Positions 47,230 through 56,766 of a stretch of DNA of 64,000 nt are shown in pieces. The first letter of the stretch is position 1. Each line of letters starts with the position of its first letter. This DNA is from a virus (taxonomy: Duplodnaviria > Heunggongvirae > Uroviricota > Caudoviricetes): IMG/VR virus record IMGVR_UViG_3300045988_155182; one strand, written 5' to 3'. A model generated the notes under the pieces. It saw only the letters and a list, made by a program, of their open reading frames with translations, did no database searches and was not told where the DNA came from. The translations under genes were made by a program, and so were the position numbers.

Positions 47230-48402
47230 ATGGATTTGTTCTCAACCAAAATAGCAAAAAACAAGCTGCACGAATCTTTTAAACAGATTTATCAAGATAA
47301 TACATATGCTCCAGTAAGAGAAGTGATACAGTCGTGGGGGCGTGGGTTACTGGAGCGTAGCGGTGAGCAGACTAAATTCGTTAAAGAGTTTCAGACAACC
47401 TTCAATTCCGCCTTATGGGAATTGTATCTGAACGAAATGTTTATTCGTCTCGATTATTCTGTCGACTACACAAAAGACAGTCCCGATTTCTGTGTTACTA
47501 CACCGTCAGGCTACCAGTTTAACGTCGAAGCTGTGATATCAGATCGGCCACATAATCCACCTGCAGGTGTTCTTTTTAGCGAATCAAAATTCAAACATCA
47601 ATCAACGCTAAAATTAATCGGAAAAATCAAAGACAAACATGATCTTTTTACAGGAGTTAATGGCAAAAAATTCCCGTACTCTACGATGTCTCATGTAGTT
47701 AATAAGCCGTTTGTTCTGGCGCTTGCACCCTTTGACTCCGATTTATCATTGTCTCAAAATAACACAATCATCAATCGAGTGTTGTTTGGCATTGAGGAAC
47801 CTACCACCAGAAATTTGGTGACTGGCAGCCAAACTAAAGTTACCTCAATCAAAAAGAATGAAGACGTTGAAATTCCATTAGGTATATTTACTAACGACTC
47901 ATATAAAGAAATAAGTGCGGTTATTTTCTCCACCACCGGCACTTTTGGAAAAGCCGTGGTTCAAAGCGGTATCGGTAGATATGTAAGGTCAACACGATAT
48001 CGAGCCATTGATGTGAATGATTTTATCGCCAATGAAGGGATGAAAAACGAGGGAAAGCACACACAAAGGATAGGACCTGATCATTTCATCACTACATATC
48101 GGCATTTTTTAAATAACGAAGTCACTGGTGCGGATATTGTAGTTTGTCATTCCACTGCTCATGAAGAGACGCACTTTGACGGCCTTCATATTTACTACAA
48201 TCCTTTTGCGACAGTGCCACTGGACAGAAATATTTTCTTCCCCCCAGAGATAACTCATAATTTTTACGATATGGAAAAAGAACAGTCTGTTCAGAATCAT
48301 CCTGATGGAGCGCTGGTATCTAGACAGGTTTTTGAACCAACTAGAGCACATTTTAGGTATATCATGAAACATTGGTTTCCAGGCTTTCTAAAAGATGTTT
48401 AA
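47230..48402 (+). CDS. Hypothetical protein (390 aa), AT-rich, no recognised motif
   Basis: ORF track 47206..48402; ATG at 47230 behind GAGG. Confidence 0.5.
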   Translation: MDLFSTKIAKNKLHESFKQIYQDNTYAPVREVIQSWGRGLLERSGEQTKFVKEFQTTFNSALWELYLNEMFIRLDYSVDYTKDSPDFCVTTPSGYQFNVEAVISDRPHNPPAGVLFSESKFKHQSTLKLIGKIKDKHDLFTGVNGKKFPYSTMSHVVNKPFVLALAPFDSDLSLSQNNTIINRVLFGIEEPTTRNLVTGSQTKVTSIKKNEDVEIPLGIFTNDSYKEISAVIFSTTGTFGKAVVQSGIGRYVRSTRYRAIDVNDFIANEGMKNEGKHTQRIGPDHFITTYRHFLNNEVTGADIVVCHSTAHEETHFDGLHIYYNPFATVPLDRNIFFPPEITHNFYDMEKEQSVQNHPDGALVSRQVFEPTRAHFRYIMKHWFPGFLKDV

Positions 48403-48426
48403 GCATCCTGCTGGTTGAATTTGGAA

Positions 48427-48480
48427 CCTGCTTCTGTATATAAATACTAAGTTACTTATTATTATTTATACGGAAGCAGG
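48427..48480. repeat. Long imperfect palindrome (copy of the 14189-14245 element) centred on TAAGTTACTTA
   Basis: Both copies share the ctgtatat(a)taaata / tatacggaagcagg flanks around a central TAAGT(A/T)ACTTA core. Confidence 0.55.
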
Positions 48481-48566
48481 TCTTTTTCTATGCCAACTTC
48501 CCAGACACATTCCCTTCCGTTTCCACTTCCAAAAACTGCCACCAGTCGCTATCATCCGCTCATTGC

Positions 48567-48588
48567 AATAAGTAAGTAACTACCTATC
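48567..48588. repeat. TAAGTA palindrome variant (aataagtaagtaactacctatc)
   Basis: Seen directly. Confidence 0.45.
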
Positions 48589-48599
48589 TGGTGAGCCAC

Positions 48600-49340
48600 A
48601 TGAGCCAAATCTTTTTTGATACCATTGACAACGACCAGTACGACTTCATGACAGAGTGGAATACCGCTGTTATGGACAAGTGGGTCGCTGAAAACATTGG
48701 TTTGTCGCGCTGCAAAGACGAGGCTGAACTCTTCGAGACGAAGTGGTTTGATTACCGCGATATGCATCCTCTCATGGCCACCTGTCTGTTTACGGAGGCG
48801 TACAAACGTCAGTACTCAAATATCATGCTGACGCACGGTCGCGAACACTTTGAAACAGCTCCGTTCACCACCGGGTTAAAACGCCTGCCTTATCAGGAGT
48901 TGTCGACTGCCAATAAAACGTCGCTATGGAAAGCACGCCAGTTTGCTGATCGCTATTGCTGTTCATACGACTACTTTATCTCCACGGTTCTTTCCGCAGC
49001 TGCACGGCGTCTGTGGGACAAGTTGCCGCGCCCACAGCATTTATGGCAGCCAGAACTGATTGAGATATTCGAAGAGAAATTATCCAGACGCGCAACAACC
49101 CGTCTGGATGACTCTCTGGTTAGCTTTAAGCATATGGGAGACATGCAGTTCAACCCGATTCAGGAAAGCTATTTTGAGTGGATTCTGGAGCGTTTGCGCA
49201 CCATCCCTCGCAGCAAGCGCATACGCGCAATTTTCTCCGCTATCTGGCTAATGGAAATCGTTCCAGAGCGCCTTATTTCCGCCCACTTTCCAGAAGAACT
49301 GGAAGAAGCACGGCGGTTTATTGATCCCCTATCTAATTAA
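48600..49340 (+). CDS. Hypothetical protein (about 246 aa) at the head of the replication module
   Basis: ORF track 48591..49340. Confidence 0.5.
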   Translation: MSQIFFDTIDNDQYDFMTEWNTAVMDKWVAENIGLSRCKDEAELFETKWFDYRDMHPLMATCLFTEAYKRQYSNIMLTHGREHFETAPFTTGLKRLPYQELSTANKTSLWKARQFADRYCCSYDYFISTVLSAAARRLWDKLPRPQHLWQPELIEIFEEKLSRRATTRLDDSLVSFKHMGDMQFNPIQESYFEWILERLRTIPRSKRIRAIFSAIWLMEIVPERLISAHFPEELEEARRFIDPLSN

Positions 49341-49348
49341 CTAATACT

Positions 49349-49365
49349 AGAAAACAATTTGTTTA
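49349..49365 (+). promoter_or_regulatory. Early operator palindrome (agaaaacaatttgttta)
   Basis: Motif family member upstream of the helicase gene. Confidence 0.45.
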
Positions 49366-49383
49366 AAAAACAAAGGAAAGCAC

Positions 49384-50724
49384 ATGACCGAACTTTGCCA
49401 TACAGGACGCGGGCTGTCCGAAGAGTTTGATGAAGATTTTCAGAACAGATTGACGGCCTATTTTTGTCGTGATCACGAGTTTCTTACTCGTGCTGGAGAT
49501 CTGGTTGTACCTAGCCAATTTGCCAATGCGGCCAATGCCATATTGGTTAATATGGTTTCGGGCTATTACCGTATGTACAAGAGCGCGCCCTCTTCATCTG
49601 CGATTCTGGATATGCTTAAGCGTGCGAAACGCGATAAGACTATCCGTGAGGAACTATTCGCCGATGTTGTTGCTGCGTTTAAGCGCATCCTTGCAGAAAA
49701 ATTGTCTGATACCTCGTACATGGTTGACCAGGTATCAACCTTCGCAAAAAGCGTAGCGTTTGATGATGCTCTGATTAAGGCTGCTGAACTGAAAGAGAAG
49801 GGCGACTTTCAGGGGGCGATGGCAATCATGGCCAAGGTTCAGCAGATTGGATCGAACGAAGCGACCGGAATCTATGACTACTACACCTCCGCAAGTGAGC
49901 GATTGAAAGCGCGTGAATATGAGGCTTCAGAGGAGTATGTGCCAAACAGCATTACAACTGGACTCCCTCTGCTCGATAGGTTGCTGTACCAAAAAGGCTG
50001 GGCGAAGCGTGAAATGGTGCTCTTCATGGGGTTCGCTAAATCCGGTAAATCGACCGCAATGGGTGAGTTTTCCATAAACGCAACGCTTGCTGGCTACAAT
50101 GTTCTGTATCTCTCGCTGGAGGTTCACACCAACATTTTGTCCGACCGCTTTGATGCAAGATTGTCGGAGACGGAAATGTCCAAGCTGGTGGAACGGCGCG
50201 ATGAAGTTCATCGTAAGTTGGCAGAGTTGGGAGCCACTAAGGGGATTGGTAGTTTGTGGGTTGTTGAGCGTCCGTCAGGAAGTATGTCACCTGCAGATCT
50301 GGACCGTATGCTTAACAGTATGAAAGCCAATGGCATGGTGCCTGACATGGTTGTTGTCGACTACGCAGATTTGATGCGTGCCAGTTATGACCTTCGTGAT
50401 GATCGCGCCAATATTCGTAGTATCTACACCGATTTACGTGCTCTTTATGACAAGCATAACGTTGCTGGGATCACGGCATCGCAGACAAACCGTGAAGGTG
50501 GCGCGTCAGAAGTTGCCACAATGATGCACGCCGCCGATAACATCGAAAAAGTACGTATTGCTGACCTGGTAATAACGATCAACAAAACCGAAGAAGAAGA
50601 AGCGAAAGGAGAGGCTCGTCTCTACTTTGCTGGTTCACGTAACCAGCAGGGTGGGATCAGCATTCGCGTTAAACAAAACCTCGAACAAATGCGTTTCATT
50701 GAGCGAATCTTAGACGTTACCTAA
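49384..50724 (+). CDS. DnaB-like replicative helicase
   Basis: Walker A GFAKSGKST, Walker B VVVDYADLM; RecA-like C-terminal domain. Confidence 0.7.
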   Translation: MTELCHTGRGLSEEFDEDFQNRLTAYFCRDHEFLTRAGDLVVPSQFANAANAILVNMVSGYYRMYKSAPSSSAILDMLKRAKRDKTIREELFADVVAAFKRILAEKLSDTSYMVDQVSTFAKSVAFDDALIKAAELKEKGDFQGAMAIMAKVQQIGSNEATGIYDYYTSASERLKAREYEASEEYVPNSITTGLPLLDRLLYQKGWAKREMVLFMGFAKSGKSTAMGEFSINATLAGYNVLYLSLEVHTNILSDRFDARLSETEMSKLVERRDEVHRKLAELGATKGIGSLWVVERPSGSMSPADLDRMLNSMKANGMVPDMVVVDYADLMRASYDLRDDRANIRSIYTDLRALYDKHNVAGITASQTNREGGASEVATMMHAADNIEKVRIADLVITINKTEEEEAKGEARLYFAGSRNQQGGISIRVKQNLEQMRFIERILDVT

Positions 50725-50805
50725 AAAATAAGCGTGGAGAACACCTCCACGCTTGATTCATTTGTGAAACAACTTTTCTTTTGCCAAACCACAAAAGAAA
50801 AACAC

Positions 50806-51984
50806 ATGAGCCTTTATGTTATATCAACATTTAGGTTGGTCACAATATTGCCTGTTAAAAGTGGAATTATCGTGAGCGAGCTGAAAGAGCTAATTGCCGA
50901 ATTAGATTTTGAACAATGGTTGGATACTGAAGGTATCGTTTATCGACGTGGAGGCGTGAGTGCTCGCGGTCGTGAAGTGAATATCAAGGAATGTCCGGTA
51001 TGCGGCAGCTCCAACTGGAAGGTATATTTCAATCTGACCAGTGGCGTCGGCAAATGCTTTGCTGGTGATCATCCCGAAGAGATTCAGTTCAATAAGCTGG
51101 TCTTCCTCAAGCACTACAGCGGCAAATCACGACGACAGTTCGAGGAATATGTGCAGAACGCCCTTCTTTCCCAGGGGTGGGCACCAAAGAAAGAAGAGAT
51201 AGTGCTTGCAAGCACAGTCGAGTTAGAGGGACCACTTGCACTCCCTCGTCATTACGAACTTCCTATAGATGGCCGTCTTCCAGACTATCTGGTTGAACGA
51301 AACATATCGCCTGAAATGGCAAAGTATTTTGACCTACGATACTGCGTCGAAGGTAAGCACGCTTATGTAGATCCGTATACAGATCAGGTTAAAGGACAGA
51401 TATTCGATATGCGAATACTGATACCGGTTTACGATCTGGATGGGGTAATGAAGACATTTCAGGGACGAGACATTACCGGTACAGCAGAACGCCGCTACCT
51501 CTTTCCTATGCAGCTTCCAGCTTCAGGTAAATTTCTCTACAACGGCCATAATGCAGTCGGCAAACAGACTGTAGTTGTCTGTGAGGGTGCGTTCGATGTT
51601 ATGGGGGTCAAACGAGCTATTTTCGACGAAGAAACATTACGTGATTACGTGGAGCCAATAGGAACGTTCGGGATGCATCTATCTGGCAACACCACTCAGG
51701 ATGCAGAAGATCAGTTGGGCGCGTTCCTGACGCTCAAAGCGCGTGGATTACGTAATGTGATCATGATGTGGGATAGTGAAAAGCAAGCTATACGTAATAC
51801 GATGGCCGCAGCCAGGCGACTGACCAGTATTGGTCTTAATGTCAAAGTGGCGTGTTTGGGCGAGGAAGGACTCGACCCGGGCGATGCAACGCCAGAGCAA
51901 ATCATCAAAGCCTATTATCGGGCAAAACCGTATACCAAGCAGTTGGAGTTACAAAGCAAGGTTTTGGGCATTAAGGCTCTATGA
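50806..51984 (+). CDS. DNA primase (zinc-binding plus TOPRIM)
   Basis: CPVCGSSNWKV...C zinc-finger-like segment and TOPRIM-like VVVCEGAFDVMGV; start uncertain (track start 50734 lies inside a hairpin; 50806 ATG and 50872 GTG are alternatives). Confidence 0.7.
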   Translation: MSLYVISTFRLVTILPVKSGIIVSELKELIAELDFEQWLDTEGIVYRRGGVSARGREVNIKECPVCGSSNWKVYFNLTSGVGKCFAGDHPEEIQFNKLVFLKHYSGKSRRQFEEYVQNALLSQGWAPKKEEIVLASTVELEGPLALPRHYELPIDGRLPDYLVERNISPEMAKYFDLRYCVEGKHAYVDPYTDQVKGQIFDMRILIPVYDLDGVMKTFQGRDITGTAERRYLFPMQLPASGKFLYNGHNAVGKQTVVVCEGAFDVMGVKRAIFDEETLRDYVEPIGTFGMHLSGNTTQDAEDQLGAFLTLKARGLRNVIMMWDSEKQAIRNTMAAARRLTSIGLNVKVACLGEEGLDPGDATPEQIIKAYYRAKPYTKQLELQSKVLGIKAL

Positions 51985-52000
51985 TAACAATCACCTTTAA

Positions 52001-52022
52001 AATAAGTAGATGATTACTTATC
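52001..52022. repeat. GATAAGTA-N6-TACTTATC palindrome
   Basis: aataagtagatgattacttatc. Confidence 0.5.
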
Positions 52023-52062
52023 TTTCTGTGAGAATACTTTCATCTGTTAGCTAGGAGTTGGT

Positions 52063-52839
52063 ATGAAAGACGAAATTCAGAAATTAGCCTGCGACATCAT
52101 TGATAAAACTGGTTTAGAAATCAGCGAGAGCAATCGGCTAGACATCATTGAAAAAGCCGTAAAAACAGCAATGGATCATATCGCCACTCGTTTGGTCGAG
52201 ATCCCGCTACCAGGGCTACCTTATCTGAAAGTTGAGTTACACGTATGGGGTGAACCTTCTTGTTCACGGCGTTCTGCATTAGTTGTTTTTATTAGCAAAG
52301 AAAACCCGCTCAGTCTTAAAGTGCAGGTTGGTGCATGGATGGATGGAAAAGTGATCTACACAAATACCGTTTTTTGTCTTTCAAACGACGAAACTATTGA
52401 AGCGGCCATTCAAGAAGCAGTTCTAGCAATGCGCAGCAGCGGTTTGATGAAGAATAACTACGAAGAGTACTTGCGTTCGATAAGTGGTGAAAAGACATTA
52501 TCTCTGAAAGCAGATTTCGTTACCCCGAAAAATCTGTTGGAAGTCTTGCTTAATAAAGGGGCTAATGATGCCGTAAATGTAATCAGAGAGAGTGAGTATG
52601 CGTCTCTTTGCGACATGTGCAAAAGCCAGTTGGATCTGGTGCATATCGTTATTGATGCTGGGAAGGCATGTGATGGCGTAATGGCGGAATTTGCTTGGAA
52701 GGTGGTCAGGATTGCTAACGAATTACCGATGATAGAGCAAGAGGCCAAATCATACGCCACCAATCATGTCACAGAGCTTCTTGTCCCCTATCGCTTAGAA
52801 AGCAATCAGCGCAAGATGGTTAGCTGGGGAAGTTGGTAA
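52063..52839 (+). CDS. Hypothetical protein (258 aa)
   Basis: ORF track. Confidence 0.5.
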   Translation: MKDEIQKLACDIIDKTGLEISESNRLDIIEKAVKTAMDHIATRLVEIPLPGLPYLKVELHVWGEPSCSRRSALVVFISKENPLSLKVQVGAWMDGKVIYTNTVFCLSNDETIEAAIQEAVLAMRSSGLMKNNYEEYLRSISGEKTLSLKADFVTPKNLLEVLLNKGANDAVNVIRESEYASLCDMCKSQLDLVHIVIDAGKACDGVMAEFAWKVVRIANELPMIEQEAKSYATNHVTELLVPYRLESNQRKMVSWGSW

Positions 52840-52871
52840 TCTCTCCGCGCGTCGTTTTTTACGCAAATAAC

Positions 52872-52895
52872 GATAGGTAAGTACAAGATTATTTA
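52872..52895. repeat. TAAGTA palindrome variant (gataggtaagtacaagattattta)
   Basis: Seen directly. Confidence 0.4.
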
Positions 52896-53377
52896 TGGCG
52901 GTAGTTGTGAAAGCTGATTTGTCAAAAATCCCTTCTATTTCAGGAAATAACGGTTATTCACTTCGTTGTGAGGAAGTAAAGATAAACGGTGAGTCGGCAT
53001 ATTGCAGCTACTCCGTATGCCAGCACACCATTCTTGCCTTCAAAGAAAACCGTCTTCCTCGAACGTCTTTCCAGTCGTGCGCAACCGCTATTAAAGCAGG
53101 CAAATGCAAGGCGTTAAAAATGATGGTTGAAGAGATTCGTAAAGGAGAATCTCTGTATTTCGAAGATATGACCGCACTCATTAAGGAGGTTGAAGAACGG
53201 AATAAACAAGCCAGAACTATAAAACGAAAACGTGACAGTGTAACGATTAATAGCATGGTTAAGAAGAGCGCCACATCACAAACAGCGATCACTGACGTGT
53301 ATGCGGCGTTGATTGAAGAAACAACAAAAGAAACACATGAGCAAATCGATCAACATATGGAGGCAAAACAACAATGA
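52895..53377 (+). CDS. Hypothetical Cys-containing protein (160 aa)
   Basis: ORF track. Confidence 0.5.
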   Translation: MAVVVKADLSKIPSISGNNGYSLRCEEVKINGESAYCSYSVCQHTILAFKENRLPRTSFQSCATAIKAGKCKALKMMVEEIRKGESLYFEDMTALIKEVEERNKQARTIKRKRDSVTINSMVKKSATSQTAITDVYAALIEETTKETHEQIDQHMEAKQQ

Positions 53378-54696
53378 AAAAGTTGATCGCACTTAAGCAT
53401 AAGCTGGACGAAATGAAAGCTATGGGAACCAATGCAAAAAAAGAGGCATTGGCCAACATGGATGACTTCGAGCAAAGCATGGTTTCATTGATGCTCAACC
53501 CTTTCATCCGTTTTGGGGTAAAGAAATACAAAGTGGCAGAGCCGCTTAGTGAGTCCGTCCCAAGTGACGAAAAAGCCATTGATATACTGAATAAGCTGGC
53601 CTCTCGCGAGCTGACGGGGAACGCAGCAATAGCTGCTGTTGAGTCTATCGTGGCGTCAATGTGCGCCGATGGGCAGGACGTGTTCCGTCGTTTCCTCTTA
53701 AAAGATCCGAAAGCTGGCGTTGGGATTAGCCTATGCAACAAGGTTTTTGAAAATCCCATTCCGAAATTTGAGGTGCAGCTGGCGTCACCGTATAAAGAAA
53801 AAGGCGACAAATACCCCTTCAAGCCAAATCCTAAAGCCAAATGGCCGATGATTGGCAGCCTTAAGCTCGATGGTTTGCGAGTAATTTGTGAGGTTATTGT
53901 TGACGAGGAAGAGGTGAACTTCCTTTCTCGTACTGGTAATCCAATCACGTCTCTCGATCACCTAAAGCCAGCCATGCTCGAATTAGGCAAACTTTCAGGC
54001 CACAAACACATCTTCTTCGATGGTGAAGGAACAGCCGGTTCATTTAACCAGTCCGTATCTGCATTGCGCAAAAAGAACGTGCAGGCAATTGGCGCTATTT
54101 ATCATGTTTTCGACTTCTTCCTACCGGAATGGCGGGCACAGGCTAAATCCAAAGAGTATGCAAAGACAGGTATAAAGCTGAAAGAGCGCCTGGCTATGCT
54201 CGTGGCGTTGTTCAAAAACGATCGCAGTGAAGGCTACGCACAAGACATTCACCTGCATCCGTTCTACATCATCCATAGCCACGAAGACTTCATCGAACGC
54301 TTCATGAAACGCCTGGACGATAACGAAGAAGGGGAGATGGGCAAAGATCCGAACTCTGTTTACGAGTTTAAACGTACCCGCAGCTGGTGGAAGTTAAAAG
54401 ACGAAGATTCAGAAGATGGTGAAATTATCGATTTTGAGCCTGGCGACCCGGACTCTGGTTTTGCCAACACGCTTGGAAAAATTGTTATTCGTCTTGAAAA
54501 CGGCGTCATCGTTCGTGCGAGTGGCATTAAGCATAAATATCTGGACGAGATCTGGAACAACAAAGAGAAGTACCGTGGTCGTATTGTCGAGGTTCATTGT
54601 CACGAGAAAACACCTGATGGCAGCTTACGCCACCCACGACTGAAATGGCCGCGTTGCTTACGCGATACCGAAGATCGAATCGGAGATAAAGAATGA
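53374..54696 (+). CDS. ATP-dependent DNA ligase (putative)
   Basis: Nucleotidyltransferase motif I KLDGLR, motif III-like FFDGEG, motif V-like WWKLK. Confidence 0.6.
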   Translation: MKKLIALKHKLDEMKAMGTNAKKEALANMDDFEQSMVSLMLNPFIRFGVKKYKVAEPLSESVPSDEKAIDILNKLASRELTGNAAIAAVESIVASMCADGQDVFRRFLLKDPKAGVGISLCNKVFENPIPKFEVQLASPYKEKGDKYPFKPNPKAKWPMIGSLKLDGLRVICEVIVDEEEVNFLSRTGNPITSLDHLKPAMLELGKLSGHKHIFFDGEGTAGSFNQSVSALRKKNVQAIGAIYHVFDFFLPEWRAQAKSKEYAKTGIKLKERLAMLVALFKNDRSEGYAQDIHLHPFYIIHSHEDFIERFMKRLDDNEEGEMGKDPNSVYEFKRTRSWWKLKDEDSEDGEIIDFEPGDPDSGFANTLGKIVIRLENGVIVRASGIKHKYLDEIWNNKEKYRGRIVEVHCHEKTPDGSLRHPRLKWPRCLRDTEDRIGDKE

Positions 54697-54908
54697 TCGT
54701 ATTAAGTAAAAGGGAGAAAGAAACGCTTCATGAAATCAGTAAGTGGCCGGAGTTCCCTGAGTACTGGAAGCCTAAAACGCGAGCTAAGTTAGAGCGTTTA
54801 GGGTTGGTTGCAAACGTTTCTGAAACGTGGTGCTCGGCCAACTACCAGTTAACTGATAAAGGGAAAGTATTGCTACAGCAATTAGTAGAATCAGGAGTGT
54901 TAAAATGA
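54693..54908 (+). CDS. Small hypothetical protein (71 aa)
   Basis: ORF track; ATGA overlaps at both ends. Confidence 0.4.
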   Translation: MIVLSKREKETLHEISKWPEFPEYWKPKTRAKLERLGLVANVSETWCSANYQLTDKGKVLLQQLVESGVLK

Positions 54909-55057
54909 TTCCATACATCTCATTAGCTTTTATGGGTGGCTTCCTTGTCGGCTTCGGCATCTGTCGTGATTTAATTAAGCAGGAACTTAAAACCAAAACA
55001 CTGTGCATCGGAAAGCGTGTGTATCGGGTAGTTCATGAAACAAAGGTTAGAAAATGA
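54905..55057 (+). CDS. Small membrane protein (50 aa; starts MIPYI)
   Basis: ATG overlaps the upstream stop; one hydrophobic segment; below the ORF-track cutoff. Confidence 0.35.
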   Translation: MIPYISLAFMGGFLVGFGICRDLIKQELKTKTLCIGKRVYRVVHETKVRK

Positions 55058-55344
55058 GCAATTTAACTTCTTGGGACTGGTGGTTGGCCACCTATTTCTT
55101 AGCGGCCGGAGTCGCATTCGCCTTTTACGTAGGTCAGTTAGTCGTAAAACTGCTGCTGATTAAATTTGCCAGTCATAAACGTATCGATGATGGTCTGTGG
55201 CGTCTTGGCACCCTGGTGGAAACTCGCTACGGGCAACTTAAGGAGAACGAAACCATTACTATCCAAGCGAAACGATTCACTGCCACCATCACAAGAACAC
55301 CTAGTCGTAGAGTGGCCTTGATCAAAAAAGTCACAACCGAATAA
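55054..55344 (+). CDS. Membrane protein (96 aa)
   Basis: ORF track; N-terminal hydrophobic helix. Confidence 0.45.
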   Translation: MSNLTSWDWWLATYFLAAGVAFAFYVGQLVVKLLLIKFASHKRIDDGLWRLGTLVETRYGQLKENETITIQAKRFTATITRTPSRRVALIKKVTTE

Positions 55345-55353
55345 AATTACAAT

Positions 55354-55375
55354 GATAAGTATTTACTTACTTATC
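55354..55375. repeat. GATAAGTA-TTTACT-TACTTATC palindrome
   Basis: Seen directly. Confidence 0.5.
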
Positions 55376-56122
55376 TTTTATGTATAAGATGACTTTGTTT
55401 TCGTTGAGACGCGACTGTTTGAACTTAAATACAAGTGCAAACGAAGAAGTCTATCTGGCAGTAGCCTAATAAGCCAAACACCAGCGAGGTCAGTTTCCAG
55501 CCTCGTTACCGAAATGGGATACACTGAGCGAGTGTGATTACAGAACGCAGGAGGGAACATGAATGTTCCCTCCGATGAAGTAACAGAATGGGCGGTTGGT
55601 ATATTTTCAACTCCATATGACTCCCGGATTCTTAGCCACTGACCGCCCATCCTGTTACGTCATTTTGTTCAATTATGTCGTTTATACTGGGTTAAAAAGC
55701 GGCGACGTAGCCCGGCTGGTATGGTTAGCCAGCACACAACGTTGAGGCCATTACATTTTTATCAATTCTAAGGTTCTATTCACAGAGATACCGGCGAGCG
55801 TTGATATGTAACATGTTGGGCAAACATTCAATCGGAGTAGTGGCCTCAACGTTGTGAAGACAGGATTGTTGTGTAGGTTTAACCACTGTTGCCATTGGTG
55901 CCTGTTTTCACAACAAATGATTCCATACATCACATTGTATAAATTACAAAGTAGGTGCTGTCCTCAGAAACATCATCTACTTAAAGAGTTTGCCTTCTAC
56001 TATTGAGCGAAGTCGAAAGCGTCTGGCACTAACGAAAAGTGCAAGTAGCGGTGCGTTTCCTGGCAGAAACTAAACCGTCGCGATTGGCACTGTTGAGTAA
56101 TGAATACAGGCAGTGCTGAATT

Positions 56123-56197
56123 GATGGTGTAGCTCAGCGGTAGAGCAGTTGGCTGTTAACCAACTGGTCGGTGGTTCGAATCCACCCACCATCGCCA
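56123..56197 (+). tRNA. tRNA-Asn (anticodon GTT)
   Basis: Acceptor stem gatggtg/caccatc, anticodon loop cTGTTAa, T-loop GGTTCGAATCC, encoded CCA. Confidence 0.8.
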
Positions 56198-56199
56198 AT

Positions 56200-56275
56200 G
56201 CCGGTTTAGCTCAGTTGGTAGAGCGCCTGCCTTGTAAGCAGGATGTCAGCGGTTCGAGTCCGTTAACCGGCACCA
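56200..56275 (+). tRNA. tRNA-Thr (anticodon TGT)
   Basis: Acceptor stem gccggtt/aaccggc, anticodon loop cTTGTAa, T-loop GGTTCGAGTCC, encoded CCA. Confidence 0.8.
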
Positions 56276-56498
56276 ATACAACGATAAGATCATTACGGTT
56301 AATCGTCGTTCATGTGCACAATGACTGGTCGAAAGGTAGTGATCTTACCGTTGTGGTGGATTCGCAGACTGATGCGATAGCTTTCTTGGATGTTAGGGAA
56401 ATGCGGCCGCAAATCTTCCCTTTCGCGAGCGGTGATCGTCCGTAGTCCTAATTGGCTGCACCGTATGCCGGAGATTCAGTACCGGCCACCACAACGGC

Positions 56499-56585
56499 CG
56501 GAGAGTAGGGAGCATGGTGCTCAAGCGGTCTTGAAAACCGTCCCATTGCGCAAGCGATGATGGTTCGATTCCATTACTCTCCGCC
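56499..56585 (+). tRNA. tRNA-Ser (anticodon TGA), type II with long variable arm
   Basis: Acceptor stem ggagagt/actctcc, anticodon loop cTTGAAa, long variable arm, T-loop GGTTCGATTCC, encoded CCA. Confidence 0.7.
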
Positions 56586-56586
56586 A

Positions 56587-56665
56587 GACACAGCGTTGAG
56601 CGGTTTGGCCTTTTAATCAACTCGATTAAGACTCCGCTAACATAAACCAGACCGCTCAACGCTGT
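56587..56665. repeat. Perfect 16 bp inverted repeat (cacagcgttgagcggt ... accgctcaacgctgtg) with about 46 nt loop, directly after tRNA-Ser
   Basis: Seen directly. Confidence 0.6.
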
Positions 56666-56740
56666 GATAGACAATTACGGCAGACGTTCTTAACCATAGC
56701 TTGCTAACATCCTAGCAACACTTTTTTAAGCGCAAAATCC

Positions 56741-56766
56741 AAAGGGGCTTCGGCCCCTTTTTTGTT
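56741..56766. terminator. Bidirectional terminator (aaaggggc-ttcg-gccccttttttt)
   Basis: Seen directly; sits between the tRNA cluster and the convergent minus-strand gene. Confidence 0.6.

Noticed and set aside
50734-50805. ORF-track start of the primase gene at 50734
   Set aside because: The first codons lie within a hairpin (agcgtggag-aacac-ctccacgct) immediately after the helicase stop; a downstream start (50806 or 50872) is more plausible.
55378-55933. Minus-strand ORFs 55378..55650 and 55751..55933
   Set aside because: No RBS, lie in a structured non-coding region, and oppose the local gene direction.
56280-56498. Possible fourth tRNA between tRNA-Thr and tRNA-Ser
   Set aside because: I could not find a T-loop (GGTTCGANTCC-like) or a consistent cloverleaf by eye; only a simple hairpin (ccggcc...ggccgg). 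Needs a tRNA predictor to settle.
56149-56674. ORFs 56149..56445 (+) and 56393..56674 (-) overlapping the tRNA genes
   Set aside because: They run through tRNA-Asn, tRNA-Thr and tRNA-Ser; the RNA genes explain the sequence.
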